Origin: Candidatus Cryptobacteroides sp.
Lineage (GTDB): Bacteria; Bacteroidota; Bacteroidia; Bacteroidales; UBA932
NCBI GenBank assembly: GCA_045599225.1
Contig: JAZRVN010000030.1
Coordinates: 42,035-106,034, forward strand
Direction: 5' to 3'
Length of the DNA stretch: 64,000 nt
The notes below the pieces were generated by a model. It worked only from the letters and a program-made list of their open reading frames with translations, ran no database searches and was not told where the DNA came from. Each line of letters starts with the position of its first letter. The first letter of the stretch is position 1. Below are positions 16,386 through 26,360 of the stretch, piece after piece. The position numbers and the translations under genes are program-made.

Positions 16386-18058
16386 CGGTATATGATTTTT
16401 CTTTTATAGTCGTTTCCCCACACCGTACTGTCCATAAGGTGATACAAAGGCTCGAGATTCTCGTCAACAATCAGAGGACCCCGCATTTTCCTTACCGGGT
16501 CCCCGAAAGAGTCCTCCGTAACTTTTTGGTCGTACCTCTCCAGCGTAAACTCTACCTTAACACGGTCTCCTGCCTTAAAGTTGCGCTTCAAAACGTTCCC
16601 CTCCATCCTGCAGGCTCTGCCGTTCAACTCTACGGTCATATCCCCCATCCACGGTGCCGAGGGAAGAAACAGGCGTTTGAACTTCCCCGGATTGTCCAGA
16701 ATCTGAATCTCCACCTTTCCTTCGAAAGGGTAGCCCGTATACTGATTCAGACTTATTCCTCCCGCCCGAAGTTCTCCCTCGCGGAAAAACGGAATGTAAA
16801 GCGTCTTTCCCGAATGCAGATAACTCCCTTCCGCCACCCGGGCAAGACCTTCTCCTCCGCGCATAGTGCAGCACCAGAAGGCTTCAGGAGCGTGCACCTT
16901 AAGGTAAGGCTTCTCTACCGAAGGGCAGTTGTCGCACCCGAACCCGCCGTTGAAACGCTGCGTATGGCAGATGGCATTGTAGTATATGAGCTCAGCCAAG
17001 TCGCGATACTCTGCCCTGAGAGTATGCTTCCAAAGTCCGCAGGCAAGAATGTATGAATCAATGATGGCACAAGGCTCGGTCCAGCTGTCGGGCCGGCCGA
17101 ACCAGTTGTAGTTCTCAAAATTCACGGTCATCCCATCGGCGACATAGGTCTTCCATCGGCTTTCGGCCAATTCCAGCCACTGCTCCTCCCCCGTAAGTTC
17201 ATAATACCGCAACAGGGCGCAGCAGGCGGTAAGGGTGGCGTGAGTCTGAGCCTTTATTCCAACAGGGTCCGTTTCCCGGAATCTTGCGAGCATTCTTTCC
17301 ATGCAATCCTTCATTCCGGCAATCAGAGCATCGTCGGTCCCGGGAACGAATTTCAGAATACCGTACGCGTGTATCAGGCCCGACATCCCTATGAACACGC
17401 AGCCTATGTCGCTGGACAGCCTCCAACCCGCCACCTCGTTCTGAATTGTTCCGGCCTCGGCTCCGGCATATCCGCTCCGGCTTTCCGGATCAATGGGATA
17501 GGAAGAGTACAACTGGGGGCTCGGAAGAAACAGATTTGCAGCTATGCCGCGAATCAGCGGAAGAATGGCAGAATCTCCGGTGAAAGTGTAATATTCGCAC
17601 AGTCCCCGGAGCAGCCAGCCGTGACCGGAAAGTTGCTGCTCATCCTTTCCCTCGTAAACGGGTCCCATATATCCTTTTTCGTTCAGATGGGAAGGGAGTC
17701 CTTCAATGATGGCCTGCAGATATTGAGGTTCGCGTCCCGAAGCCCTTGCGTTAAGCACCGTTCCCAGAATGGTACGCCCTACGAAATCCCCCGGCCAGTC
17801 ATCTTCCTTGAAAACTGCGTCCGGCCGGTAGATCTCAGACTCCAGCCGGTCCAGATTCCGGGAGAGTCTTTCGGCAAGTTCCCCTCCGGGCCTGATTTCC
17901 TCCGGGAGGAAATTTTCCGGATTTTTTCCGCCTTCGGCCGATGGCTCACCGCCACCGCACCCCGTAACGAGGACACTTGTGGCAAGGACAATGCCTGCTA
18001 TCTTCGACAAACTGTTGATTATGGCCGTCATTCGCGTACTTTTTCCAAATATACGCAA
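16382..18058 (-). CDS. (alpha/alpha)6-barrel glycoside hydrolase, DUF1680/GH127-like (beta-L-arabinofuranosidase-like)
   Basis: 558 aa lipoprotein-like N-terminus (..LVTGCGG). Features are WPGDFVGRTILG, a paired-Cys motif FWCC and FGCDNC. A 4 nt overlap with the downstream GH gene suggests an operon. Confidence 0.45.
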   Translation of the reverse strand: MRIFGKSTRMTAIINSLSKIAGIVLATSVLVTGCGGGEPSAEGGKNPENFLPEEIRPGGELAERLSRNLDRLESEIYRPDAVFKEDDWPGDFVGRTILGTVLNARASGREPQYLQAIIEGLPSHLNEKGYMGPVYEGKDEQQLSGHGWLLRGLCEYYTFTGDSAILPLIRGIAANLFLPSPQLYSSYPIDPESRSGYAGAEAGTIQNEVAGWRLSSDIGCVFIGMSGLIHAYGILKFVPGTDDALIAGMKDCMERMLARFRETDPVGIKAQTHATLTACCALLRYYELTGEEQWLELAESRWKTYVADGMTVNFENYNWFGRPDSWTEPCAIIDSYILACGLWKHTLRAEYRDLAELIYYNAICHTQRFNGGFGCDNCPSVEKPYLKVHAPEAFWCCTMRGGEGLARVAEGSYLHSGKTLYIPFFREGELRAGGISLNQYTGYPFEGKVEIQILDNPGKFKRLFLPSAPWMGDMTVELNGRACRMEGNVLKRNFKAGDRVKVEFTLERYDQKVTEDSFGDPVRKMRGPLIVDENLEPLYHLMDSTVWGNDYKRKIIYR

Positions 18059-18111
18059 TTCCTGCTCAGAAATGAGTATATTTGCTCAAGTACTGTAACA
18101 AATATCTCATT

Positions 18112-18837
18112 ATGAAAAAGTTTTTCACGGCATCAATTGGCGCAATAGTGCTGCTATCCATCGTGGTCATTCTTTCTTCTTGCAGACAGAGCAAGAACTT
18201 CGGTTCTATCCCGGAAGGTGAATTTACGTATAACCTGCCCTGTAAAGTTGTAGGCATCAATCAAGATAAGAGCGGCAAGTCAATTATGTTCCTTTGGCTG
18301 CACGGAGGGGTCCACGATACGTCGAAACACGATTTCTACGGCTTCAACCACCTTGACTGCTGTGCCGCCGACGACAGTATTCTCTGTTATCTCAAGAATA
18401 AGGGTATCAAGGCCATAGCCCTGTTCCCGCTATGCCATCGGGCCGGTGTCGGGCACGTTGTGGACTGGTCGGACTGCTTCGAGGACGTAAAAAGGATTAT
18501 GGACGATTACATCTCCAAGGATATGATTGATACAGACCGCATTTACCTGGCTGGTTCTTCCGACGGAGGACGCGGAACCTGGGACTATGTGGAGTCACAC
18601 GAGGAGATATTCGCTGCAGCAATGCCTATGTCCTGTGAGCGGCCCAGGCCCTGCTCTATTCCGGTGTATTTCTACAATACATCAGGCGAAGACGACTGCA
18701 CTGCCGACGTAGACAGTCTGAGAGCCGCAGGATATACCAATATATCGTATAAACGTTGTGCAGACCAGCCTCACGGAGGTGACGCAGCGGAATGCACAGT
18801 CGAAATGCTGGACAAATTCTTCAGCCATAGAAAATAA
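18112..18837 (+). CDS. Lipoprotein with alpha/beta-hydrolase fold (putative esterase)
   Basis: Lipobox ILSSC. A nucleophile-elbow-like motif is LAGSSDGG, preceded by LWLHGG. A -7 box TATATTTG lies at 18077-18084. Confidence 0.55.
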   Translation: MKKFFTASIGAIVLLSIVVILSSCRQSKNFGSIPEGEFTYNLPCKVVGINQDKSGKSIMFLWLHGGVHDTSKHDFYGFNHLDCCAADDSILCYLKNKGIKAIALFPLCHRAGVGHVVDWSDCFEDVKRIMDDYISKDMIDTDRIYLAGSSDGGRGTWDYVESHEEIFAAAMPMSCERPRPCSIPVYFYNTSGEDDCTADVDSLRAAGYTNISYKRCADQPHGGDAAECTVEMLDKFFSHRK

Positions 18838-18851
18838 TCGTCAAATATAAA

Positions 18852-20876
18852 ATGAAAAGAATGATTCTCAGTCTTGCTATTGCAAGCATTTGCGCCACAG
18901 CGTGCAATCCTGTCAAAGAAACCGGTCGGGTACCGGCTCTGGATTACTCCAATTTGGATACCCTTACCGCTCCGGGAGCGGATTTTTATCAGTATGCAAC
19001 CGGCGGTTGGCAGAAAAACAATCCGTTGAAGCCCGAGTTCTCACGCTATGGTGCGTTCGACATTCTTGCCGAGAATAACGAAATCCGCCTGAACGACCTG
19101 TTCAAGGGTTTGGTTTCATTGAAAACAGAGGACGGCAGTGTTGAAAGAAAGATCTCGGATCTTTACAAAATGGGGTTGGATTCAACCCGCCTGAATGCCG
19201 AAGGTGCCGCTCCTCTTGAGAAATATCTTGCCAAAATCGAAACAGAGGTAGTCGATGCACGCAGTTTCGCAAGGCTCAGTGCCGAATGTGAACGAAACGG
19301 AGCAGAAAGCTTATTCGGTTGCTATGCCGAGGCTGACCTGGCAAACAGTGACGTCGAGGTCCTTTACATTGGGGAGTCCGGTTTGAGTATGGGAAACCGG
19401 GATTACTATCTGCTGGAGCAACACGCTGCCATACGCGAAGGGTTCAAGCGTTATCTTGTCAGGATTTTTGAACTTGCCGGATATGAAGACGCCGCTTCCC
19501 GCGCTCAGGACGCATACGATGTACAGATGGCAATAGCCGAGCCGTTCTGGTCAATGGTTCAGCAGCGCGACATTCAGGCAATGTACAATCCTATGTCGTC
19601 TGAAGAAATCGTCACTGCATACCCTTTCCTGTGCTTCGACGAATATTTCAAGGCTATGGGAATCGAGCCTCAGGACAAAGTTATTCTGGAGCAACCTTCA
19701 TATTTCAAGGCTGTCAATGAACTTGCATTCATATTGAAACCCGACCAGCTCAAGCATTTCCTGCAGGCTCATGTCATTGAAAACGCCTGCTCTGCACTCG
19801 GAGACGAATTCTATGCCGCATCGTTCGATTTCTTCTCCAGGCAGATGGCCGGAACAAAAGAGCCCAAACCCCGTTGGAAGAGGGCTATGAACGTTCCCAA
19901 CAGGCTTCTTGGAGAGGCCGTAGGCCAGATGTATGTCGAGAAATATTTCCCGGAGGAAGCCAAATCCAAAATGCTCGCCATTGTCAAGAACATCCAGGCG
20001 GCTTTGGGTGAACATATCGACTCTTTGGATTGGATGAGCGATGCCACCAAGACAAAGGCTCACGAGAAACTCGACAATTTTACCGTCAAGATAGGATACC
20101 CCGACAAGTGGAAAGACTATTCTTCGCTTGAGATAAATCCCCAAATGAGTTATCTGGACAATATCTGCGCAGCATCACGCTGGTACACCGAAGACAATCT
20201 TTCCAAACTTGGAAAACCGGTTGACAAGGAAGAATGGGGAATGACGCCCCAGACCGTGAATGCATATTATAATCCCACTACCAATGAGATTTGCTTCCCC
20301 GCAGGTATTCTGCAGCCGCCTTTCTTTAATCCCGACGCCGACGATGCAGTGAACTACGGTGCAATCGGAGTCGTCATCAGTCACGAAATGACCCACGGAT
20401 TCGACGATCAGGGCCGTCTGTTCGACAAGGATGGAAATATGAATAACTGGTGGGCTGAAGAAGATGAACAGGCATTCAATGCCAAGACAGCAAAACTTGT
20501 AGAGCAGTTCAACTCCGTTGAGGTTCTTCCCGGAGTTTTTGCCAACGGAGCCGCAACTCTTGGGGAGAACATCGCAGACCAGGGAGGTCTTCGCATAGCT
20601 TTCACTGCAATGCAGAATTCCTTTGAAGGAAAGATCTCGGAACCCATCGACGGTTTGAGCGCCGAACAGCGTTTCTATCTGGCGTACGCTACAGTATGGG
20701 CCCAGAACATAACGGACGAAGAAATTCAGCGCAGGACTTTGATTGACGTGCATTCGTTGGGGGAAAACCGTGTGAATGTGTCGGTTCGCAACCTTGACAC
20801 CTTCTTCTCTGCCTTTGGCATAAAGGAAGGCGACGCAATGTGGCGCCCCGAATCGGAACGGGTGATTATCTGGTAA
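18852..20876 (+). CDS. M13-family zinc metallopeptidase (PepO / endothelin-converting-enzyme-like)
   Basis: HEXXH is present as VISHEMTHGFD, with the downstream ENIADQGG motif. 674 aa with a lipoprotein signal. Confidence 0.9.
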   Translation: MKRMILSLAIASICATACNPVKETGRVPALDYSNLDTLTAPGADFYQYATGGWQKNNPLKPEFSRYGAFDILAENNEIRLNDLFKGLVSLKTEDGSVERKISDLYKMGLDSTRLNAEGAAPLEKYLAKIETEVVDARSFARLSAECERNGAESLFGCYAEADLANSDVEVLYIGESGLSMGNRDYYLLEQHAAIREGFKRYLVRIFELAGYEDAASRAQDAYDVQMAIAEPFWSMVQQRDIQAMYNPMSSEEIVTAYPFLCFDEYFKAMGIEPQDKVILEQPSYFKAVNELAFILKPDQLKHFLQAHVIENACSALGDEFYAASFDFFSRQMAGTKEPKPRWKRAMNVPNRLLGEAVGQMYVEKYFPEEAKSKMLAIVKNIQAALGEHIDSLDWMSDATKTKAHEKLDNFTVKIGYPDKWKDYSSLEINPQMSYLDNICAASRWYTEDNLSKLGKPVDKEEWGMTPQTVNAYYNPTTNEICFPAGILQPPFFNPDADDAVNYGAIGVVISHEMTHGFDDQGRLFDKDGNMNNWWAEEDEQAFNAKTAKLVEQFNSVEVLPGVFANGAATLGENIADQGGLRIAFTAMQNSFEGKISEPIDGLSAEQRFYLAYATVWAQNITDEEIQRRTLIDVHSLGENRVNVSVRNLDTFFSAFGIKEGDAMWRPESERVIIW

Positions 20877-20883
20877 CCGAACC

Positions 20884-21032
20884 CCCAGGGGGCCGCAAAA
20901 CAAAAAAGCCACCGCGCGAAGCGATGGCCTTCGGAGGCAGAGGCCGACCGAAGGGGTTTGGGGAGCCCTCTCCCCAATGAATGAAAACCCAGGGGGCCGC
21001 AAAACAAAAAAGCCACCGCGCGAAGCAATGGC
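20884..21032. repeat. Two direct copies of a ~45 bp terminator-containing repeat (20884-20928 and 20987-21032)
   Basis: CCCAGGGGGCCGCAAAACAAAAAAGCCACCGCGCGAAGC[G/A]ATGGC occurs twice with one mismatch. The second copy forms AGCCA..TGGCT flanked by A and T runs, giving a bidirectional terminator between the M13 gene and the tRNA. Confidence 0.8.
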
Positions 21033-21042
21033 TTTTGTTTTG

Positions 21043-21116
21043 TGGTCCCACTAGGGCTTGAACCTAGGACTCCCTGATTATGAGTCAGGTGCTCTAACCA
21101 ACTGAGCTATGGGACC
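21043..21116 (-). tRNA. tRNA with CAT anticodon (elongator Met, or lysidine-type Ile2)
   Basis: Reverse complement is GGTCCCATAGCTCAGTTGGTTAGAGCACCTGACTCATAATCAGGGAGTCCTAGGTTCAAGCCCTAGTGGGACCA. The cloverleaf folds by hand. G1-C72 and the lack of a GGG/CCC anticodon stem argue against an initiator. C4 and C5 in the acceptor stem resemble tRNA-Ile2. Confidence 0.85.
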
Positions 21117-21192
21117 TGTTAGCAACCGCCAAAGTTACAAACGACTGCATTAATATGCAAATCTTCTCCCCTGACGGTTACAAATTCCGCTA

Positions 21193-21498
21193 TCAAACTT
21201 TGATCTCGACCTCAACTCCTGAAGGGAGCTCAAGCTTCATCAATGCATCAACGGTCTTTGCGTTGCTGTCATCGATGTCGAGCAGCCTGCAGTATGAATC
21301 GAGCTCAAACTGCTCGCGAGCCTTCTTGTTAACGAAGGTTGAGCGGTTCACAGTGAAGATCTTCTTGTTGCTGGGCAGAGGAATAGGTCCGTTAACCTTA
21401 GCACCTGTAGATTTCACCGTGTCAACGATCTTTGCTGCAGACTTGTCTACAAGCATATGATCGAAAGACTTGAGTTTAATTCTGATTTTCTGGCTCAT
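21193..21498 (-). CDS. rpsJ: 30S ribosomal protein S10
   Basis: [43 protein letters not shown]. Confidence 0.97.
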   Translation of the reverse strand: MSQKIRIKLKSFDHMLVDKSAAKIVDTVKSTGAKVNGPIPLPSNKKIFTVNRSTFVNKKAREQFELDSYCRLLDIDDSNAKTVDALMKLELPSGVEVEIKV

Positions 21499-21524
21499 AT
21501 TTAAAATTTTAATCTGGCTTGGAA

Positions 21525-23642
21525 TTATTCGTCGGTCTCAATCGTCCTATATCCGCTCTTCTCGATTATATCCTTTGCCATAGCGGCGGGAACCTCGGCA
21601 TAGTGGTCGAACGTCATTGTGCTGGTCGCGCGACCCGATGACAGGGTTCTGAGAACCGTTACGTAACCGAACTGCTCGGCAAGAGGAACAAAAGCCTTGA
21701 TTACGCGTGCGCCGTTAGCGGTTGTATCCATTGCTGAAATCTGTCCGCGCCGACGGTTGAGGTCTCCCACGATATCTCCCATATAATCTTCCGGAGTAAC
21801 AACTTCAAGGGCCATTATAGGCTCGAGCAGAACCGGATGACATTTGGGACAAGCGTGACGGAAAGCCATCCGCGCAGCAAGTTCGAACGACAGCTGATCG
21901 GAATCTACGGGGTGATATGAACCATCCAGCAGAGTAACCTTGAGGGAGGGAACCTCATAGCCTGCAAGCACGCCATTGGACATTGCTGCAGTGAATCCTT
22001 TCTCAACGCAGGGAACAAATTCCTTGGGAACGTTTCCGCCCTTGACTACGTTTTCGAACTGAAGCCCGGTTACACCCTCGTCGGCAGGGCCGATCTCGAC
22101 GATAATATCTGCAAATTTACCACGGCCTCCGGTCTGCTTCTTGAACACTTCGCGATGCTGATAGGAGGTTGTGATAGTTTCCTTATAGTTAACCTGAGGT
22201 GCACCCTGATTGATTTCGACACCGAATTCACGGCGCAGACGGTCAACGATAATGTCCAGGTGAAGTTCACCCATACCGCTGATAACCGTTTGTCCTGTCT
22301 CGGCATCGGCCTTGACGGTAAAAGTAGGATCCTCCTCTGCCAGTTTTGCAAGAGCAATTCCCAGTTTGTCAAGATCCTTCTGAGTTTTAGGCTCCACCGC
22401 TATTCCAATAACCGGATCGGGGAATTCCATAGACTCGAGGGAGATGGGCTTGTTCTCATCGCAGATGGTATCTCCTGTACGAAGGTCCTTGAATCCTACA
22501 GCTGCGCAGATGTCTCCGGCTTCATCGAATTCGATAGGATTCTGATGATTCGAATGCATCTGATAAAGGCGGGCGACTCTTTCCTTCTTTCCGGAACGCA
22601 CGTTATAAACGTAAGAACCGGCATCCAGACGGCCGGAATAAACACGCATAAAGGCAAGACGGCCTACAAACGGGTCTGTGGCAATCTTGAACACCAATGC
22701 GCAGAACGGCTCGTCGGCAGATGAGCTGCGCTCCACCACCTCGTTGTTACGGGGATTCGTACCTTTTACGGAACCCTTGTCAAGAGGAGAAGGAAGATAG
22801 CGCATAACTGCATCCAGAAGGAACTGAACCCCCTTGTTCTTGAAAGAAGAACCGCAGCAGGCAGGAACAATCTGCATAGAGATGGTTCCCTTGCGGATAG
22901 CTGCAACAATCTCTTCCTCCGTTACGGACTCGGGATCCTCGAAATACTTTTCCATAACAGTCTCGTCGCACTCTGCGGCGGCCTCGACAAGTTTGTCGCG
23001 CCACAAAGCCACTTCGTCCCGCATTTCTGAGGGAATCTCCTGAACGGAATAGTTTACAAGTTCGTCTGATGAATCGTAAATGATTGCCTTTCTGGAAATA
23101 AGGTCCACGATACCCTGGAACTTATCCTCGGCGCCTATAGGAAGGCAAACGGGGACAGCGTGGGCACCAAGTTTGGTCCTGATTTCTTCTACAACGGCTA
23201 GAAAATCCGCACCAACGCGGTCCATCTTGTTGATATAGGCAATCTTGGGTACGCCATATTTGTCAGCCTGACGCCAAACGGTTTCAGACTGAGGTTGAAC
23301 ACGGCCTACTGCACAGAATGTTGCAATAGTGCCGTCAAGTACACGCAGCGAGCGCTCAACCTCTACAGTAAAGTCCACGTGACCCGGAGTGTCTATCAGG
23401 TTGACCTGATATGTCTGGGAGTCATAGTGCCAGAACGCTGTGGTTGCAGCAGAAGTGATGGTAATGCCTCTCTCCTGCTCCTGAACCATCCAGTCCATTG
23501 TAGCGGCACCTTCGTGAACTTCACCGATTTTGTGAGTCTTGCCGGTGTAATAAAGAATACGTTCGGATGTGGTTGTCTTTCCGGCATCGATGTGAGCCAT
23601 GATGCCGATGTTTCTAGTGTATTTAAGATCTCTGCCTGCCAT
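21525..23642 (-). CDS. fusA: Elongation factor G
   Basis: [32 protein letters not shown], 705 aa. Confidence 0.97.
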   Translation of the reverse strand: MAGRDLKYTRNIGIMAHIDAGKTTTSERILYYTGKTHKIGEVHEGAATMDWMVQEQERGITITSAATTAFWHYDSQTYQVNLIDTPGHVDFTVEVERSLRVLDGTIATFCAVGRVQPQSETVWRQADKYGVPKIAYINKMDRVGADFLAVVEEIRTKLGAHAVPVCLPIGAEDKFQGIVDLISRKAIIYDSSDELVNYSVQEIPSEMRDEVALWRDKLVEAAAECDETVMEKYFEDPESVTEEEIVAAIRKGTISMQIVPACCGSSFKNKGVQFLLDAVMRYLPSPLDKGSVKGTNPRNNEVVERSSSADEPFCALVFKIATDPFVGRLAFMRVYSGRLDAGSYVYNVRSGKKERVARLYQMHSNHQNPIEFDEAGDICAAVGFKDLRTGDTICDENKPISLESMEFPDPVIGIAVEPKTQKDLDKLGIALAKLAEEDPTFTVKADAETGQTVISGMGELHLDIIVDRLRREFGVEINQGAPQVNYKETITTSYQHREVFKKQTGGRGKFADIIVEIGPADEGVTGLQFENVVKGGNVPKEFVPCVEKGFTAAMSNGVLAGYEVPSLKVTLLDGSYHPVDSDQLSFELAARMAFRHACPKCHPVLLEPIMALEVVTPEDYMGDIVGDLNRRRGQISAMDTTANGARVIKAFVPLAEQFGYVTVLRTLSSGRATSTMTFDHYAEVPAAMAKDIIEKSGYRTIETDE

Positions 23643-23654
23643 CCGTCAATAATA

Positions 23655-24131
23655 TTAGAAACGGAAATGAGCGAAGGCTTTGTTGGCTTCTGCCATTCTG
23701 TGCATATCTTCTTTACGCTTGAATGCACCACCTTCGTTGTTATAGGCTGCTACGATCTCTGCACATAGCTTTTCTGCCATAGAGCGACCGGAACGTTTGC
23801 GGGCGAAGGATATCATATTCTTCATAGAAAGAGAAATCTTCCTTTCCGGTCTCAACTCTGTCGGCACCTGGAAGTTTGCTCCACCGATACGACGTGACTT
23901 AACCTCAATCTGAGGGGTTACGTTCTCGAGAGCTTTCCTCCAAATATCGAGAGGAGCCTTGTCAGAATCTTTCATCTTCTCGCCTACCAAATCAATGGCA
24001 TCGTAAAAAATAGAATACGCGATACTCTTCTTCCCCTGCAACATAAGATTATTCACGAAACGGGTAACCTGTGTGTCGTGAAACTTAGGATCAGGAAGTA
24101 GAATCCTCTTCTTAGGCTTTGCTTTTCTCAT
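23655..24131 (-). CDS. rpsG: 30S ribosomal protein S7
   Basis: 158 aa. Canonical S7 sequence, with synteny between rpsL and fusA. Confidence 0.97.
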   Translation of the reverse strand: MRKAKPKKRILLPDPKFHDTQVTRFVNNLMLQGKKSIAYSIFYDAIDLVGEKMKDSDKAPLDIWRKALENVTPQIEVKSRRIGGANFQVPTELRPERKISLSMKNMISFARKRSGRSMAEKLCAEIVAAYNNEGGAFKRKEDMHRMAEANKAFAHFRF

Positions 24132-24165
24132 TTTGAAAAAAAATTAAAAGTTAAAACTCCTTAGT

Positions 24166-24540
24166 TTACTTCTTGGGACGTTTTGCTCCATAGAGAGAAC
24201 GTGACTGAGTACGACCCTCTACACCAGCAGTATCCAAAGCGCCTCTAAGGATGTGGTAACGTACACCCGGAAGGTCCTTTACACGGCCTCCACGAACAAG
24301 CACGATTGAGTGCTCCTGAAGGTTGTGACCCTCACCGGGGATGTAGGCATTGACCTCTTTGGCATTTGTAAGACGTACACGGGCAACCTTACGCATAGCT
24401 GAGTTAGGTTTCTTAGGGGTTGTTGTGTAAACCCTAAGGCATACGCCACGCTTCTGAGGACAAGCATCCAACGCACGGGATTTCGATTTTAGCTCGATAA
24501 CCTCGCGTCCTTTGCGAACCAATTGTTGAATTGTTGGCAT
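24166..24540 (-). CDS. rpsL: 30S ribosomal protein S12
   Basis: [12 protein letters not shown]...[16 protein letters not shown]... Confidence 0.97.
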   Translation of the reverse strand: MPTIQQLVRKGREVIELKSKSRALDACPQKRGVCLRVYTTTPKKPNSAMRKVARVRLTNAKEVNAYIPGEGHNLQEHSIVLVRGGRVKDLPGVRYHILRGALDTAGVEGRTQSRSLYGAKRPKK

Positions 24541-24566
24541 AAACTGTTGTTGATAAATAAATTAAA

Positions 24567-24586
24567 AGCCCCCTGTTTAGGGGGCT
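24567..24586 (-). terminator. Terminator-like hairpin between the TPR-lipoprotein gene and rpsL
   Basis: The minus strand reads AGCCCCCT-AAAC-AGGGGGCT followed by TTTTAATTTATTT. It lies 27 nt upstream of the rpsL ATG and abuts the -7 box. Confidence 0.6.
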
Positions 24587-24587
24587 G

Positions 24588-24618
24588 CAAAGATAGTAAT
24601 TATTTAGTAATTAACAAA
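24588..24618 (-). promoter_or_regulatory. Candidate rpsL-operon promoter (-33 TTTG, 19 nt spacer, -7 TATCTTTG)
   Basis: The minus strand reads TTTG(24618-24615)-19 nt-TATCTTTG(24595-24588). This matches the Bacteroides consensus spacing. Confidence 0.5.
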
Positions 24619-24647
24619 CTTATCAACAGATGAAATTTGTTCGATTA

Positions 24648-26285
24648 CTAAAGATATTTTGCAAACTCTATGTCCTTGGCTGCTTTTGCCTTCAGAGAAG
24701 GATCTTTCTGGCAAGCCTTGTCAAGATTCGTCTTTACACCGGTAGCGTCGCCCACGCGAGCGCAGGCAACTGCACGGAGATAATCGCTCTTTGCGTCGGT
24801 ACCCTTGATTGCGGCGGCGGCCTTAGCGCTGTCGCCTGCAAGGATATAGGCAAGACCGAGGTTCTCGCTGTCGGTTCCTTCGAGACACTTCACGGCCGCA
24901 TCGTAATTTCCTGCGAGGATTTCGAGCGCACCCTGATTCTCTTTAACACCGGCTTTCTTGAAATCGGCGGCGGCACCTGCATAGTCGCCCTTCATCATCT
25001 TTATTACACCATAAGCGTTTACGACGTCTTTGTCGCTTGTGTCTTTAAGGTTGTCGAGGCACTCTTTTGCCTTATCGGCATCTCCGTCCTCAATATATGT
25101 GCAGGCCAGATTGTAAAGTGCGGTCTCTGAACCGAACTTGTCCACTGCTACCTCATACAGGGCTGCCTTGTCATCGATATCCTGTGCAATTGCAGCAAGG
25201 TGAAGAATTGCAGTTTCGTCGAGTCCTTCAAGACCCTTCTTCGAAATCTGCTCGAGTTCCTCGTCGGTGAAGTTCTTGTAAGAAGACTTTGTGATGAAAC
25301 GTGCGCGGCGCAGTTCAGGAAGCACTTCCTTCTTGAGTTCAGTGAAAATCTGAGAAATGTTTCTGATTTCAGACTCACGTACGGCCGGGTCTGAGTACAT
25401 AGAGAGAACTCTGAGGATAAGGTCCTTATCCTGTATGTCGCTCTTGGTTACAGCTTCCTTGAAACCATCCCAGTCCTGTCCTACAGACTTAACCTGGGCT
25501 TCGCTGCCTTCAATGCCGGTTTTGAGCTTCTTCCAAGCTTTTTCTGCGGTCTCGGCACGACGGTCGGAAAGTTTTGCGTTCAGTTTCTCGCCTCCCTCGG
25601 GAGATGCATAAGAAATGATTTCCGTGCCCTCGATGGTAACTCTCTCGTTGTTCTTAAGGTCCTCGATTTCCTCTTTCATCTTCTCGATGGAGTTTGACTT
25701 GAGTTCCGACTTCCTTACAACGGATGAGTTGATGGTATACATAATCTGTCCTTCGGTGCTCTGCTCGATTACAGCCTTGTATCCGTCGGCCTTGTAGTTG
25801 TATGTTGCACCGGTAATTGCATTGAGGCTGGTAGTAACGCAACCTTCGGCAATCTTGCGTACGGGAAGGTCATACTGCTTGTCGTTGTATTTAACGACTC
25901 CGCGGAGTTCGAGGGTGGCCTTTGCCATTTCAGGAACAAATACGAATGAAACATTCTCAACGACAATTCCTCCGTCCTGGGGAACAACCTTATAGTTATC
26001 CTTCACCTTTTCTCCCTGATAAGTGAAAACGGGGCCCTTTGCCTCTCCGCCTTCATATACGAGAACAGGAGTAATCTCAACTATTGCCTTGGGAGCGAAA
26101 TAACCCTTGGGGCAAGTAACTGTAACCTTTGCAGGAACCTGTCCGTTCACAACCTGCAGGGGAGAAGGGTTACACTCGGTAACGACATTCTCTGCCATCT
26201 GCATTTTCTTGATGATGGAACCGGAGCAAGACGTTGCAACTACACAAATAGCGGCAACCAATGATAAACTGATAATTCTTTTCAT
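24648..26285 (-). CDS. Hypothetical lipoprotein with C-terminal TPR-like repeats
   Basis: Lipobox VATSC. The C-terminal third has repeated Ala/Tyr/Gly-rich helical pairs (ALYNLACTYIEDGDADKA, AYILAGDSAKA, YLRAVACARVGD). Confidence 0.45.
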   Translation of the reverse strand: MKRIISLSLVAAICVVATSCSGSIIKKMQMAENVVTECNPSPLQVVNGQVPAKVTVTCPKGYFAPKAIVEITPVLVYEGGEAKGPVFTYQGEKVKDNYKVVPQDGGIVVENVSFVFVPEMAKATLELRGVVKYNDKQYDLPVRKIAEGCVTTSLNAITGATYNYKADGYKAVIEQSTEGQIMYTINSSVVRKSELKSNSIEKMKEEIEDLKNNERVTIEGTEIISYASPEGGEKLNAKLSDRRAETAEKAWKKLKTGIEGSEAQVKSVGQDWDGFKEAVTKSDIQDKDLILRVLSMYSDPAVRESEIRNISQIFTELKKEVLPELRRARFITKSSYKNFTDEELEQISKKGLEGLDETAILHLAAIAQDIDDKAALYEVAVDKFGSETALYNLACTYIEDGDADKAKECLDNLKDTSDKDVVNAYGVIKMMKGDYAGAAADFKKAGVKENQGALEILAGNYDAAVKCLEGTDSENLGLAYILAGDSAKAAAAIKGTDAKSDYLRAVACARVGDATGVKTNLDKACQKDPSLKAKAAKDIEFAKYL

Positions 26286-26360
26286 ATAATAAAATTATGT
26301 TTGGAGTCAATGAATGCAAAGATAACTTTTTTTCTTTAACTTTGCGTGCTATTGAATAAT

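Noticed and set aside
13932-16409. 825-aa ORF on the plus strand
   Set aside because: It is entirely antisense to the 1022-aa glycoside hydrolase gene. The translation is low-complexity and Arg/Pro/Gly-rich with no motifs. This is a typical shadow ORF of a well-supported gene.
20884-21032. Possible CRISPR-like or minisatellite array
   Set aside because: There are only two copies, each contains a terminator hairpin, and no cas genes are present. I interpret it as a duplicated terminator segment.
20175-21051. ORFs of 275, 100 and 61 aa on the minus strand across the M13 3' end and the repeat region
   Set aside because: They are antisense to the M13 peptidase or run through the terminator repeats and toward the tRNA. 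Their repetitive peptide sequences merely mirror the DNA repeat.
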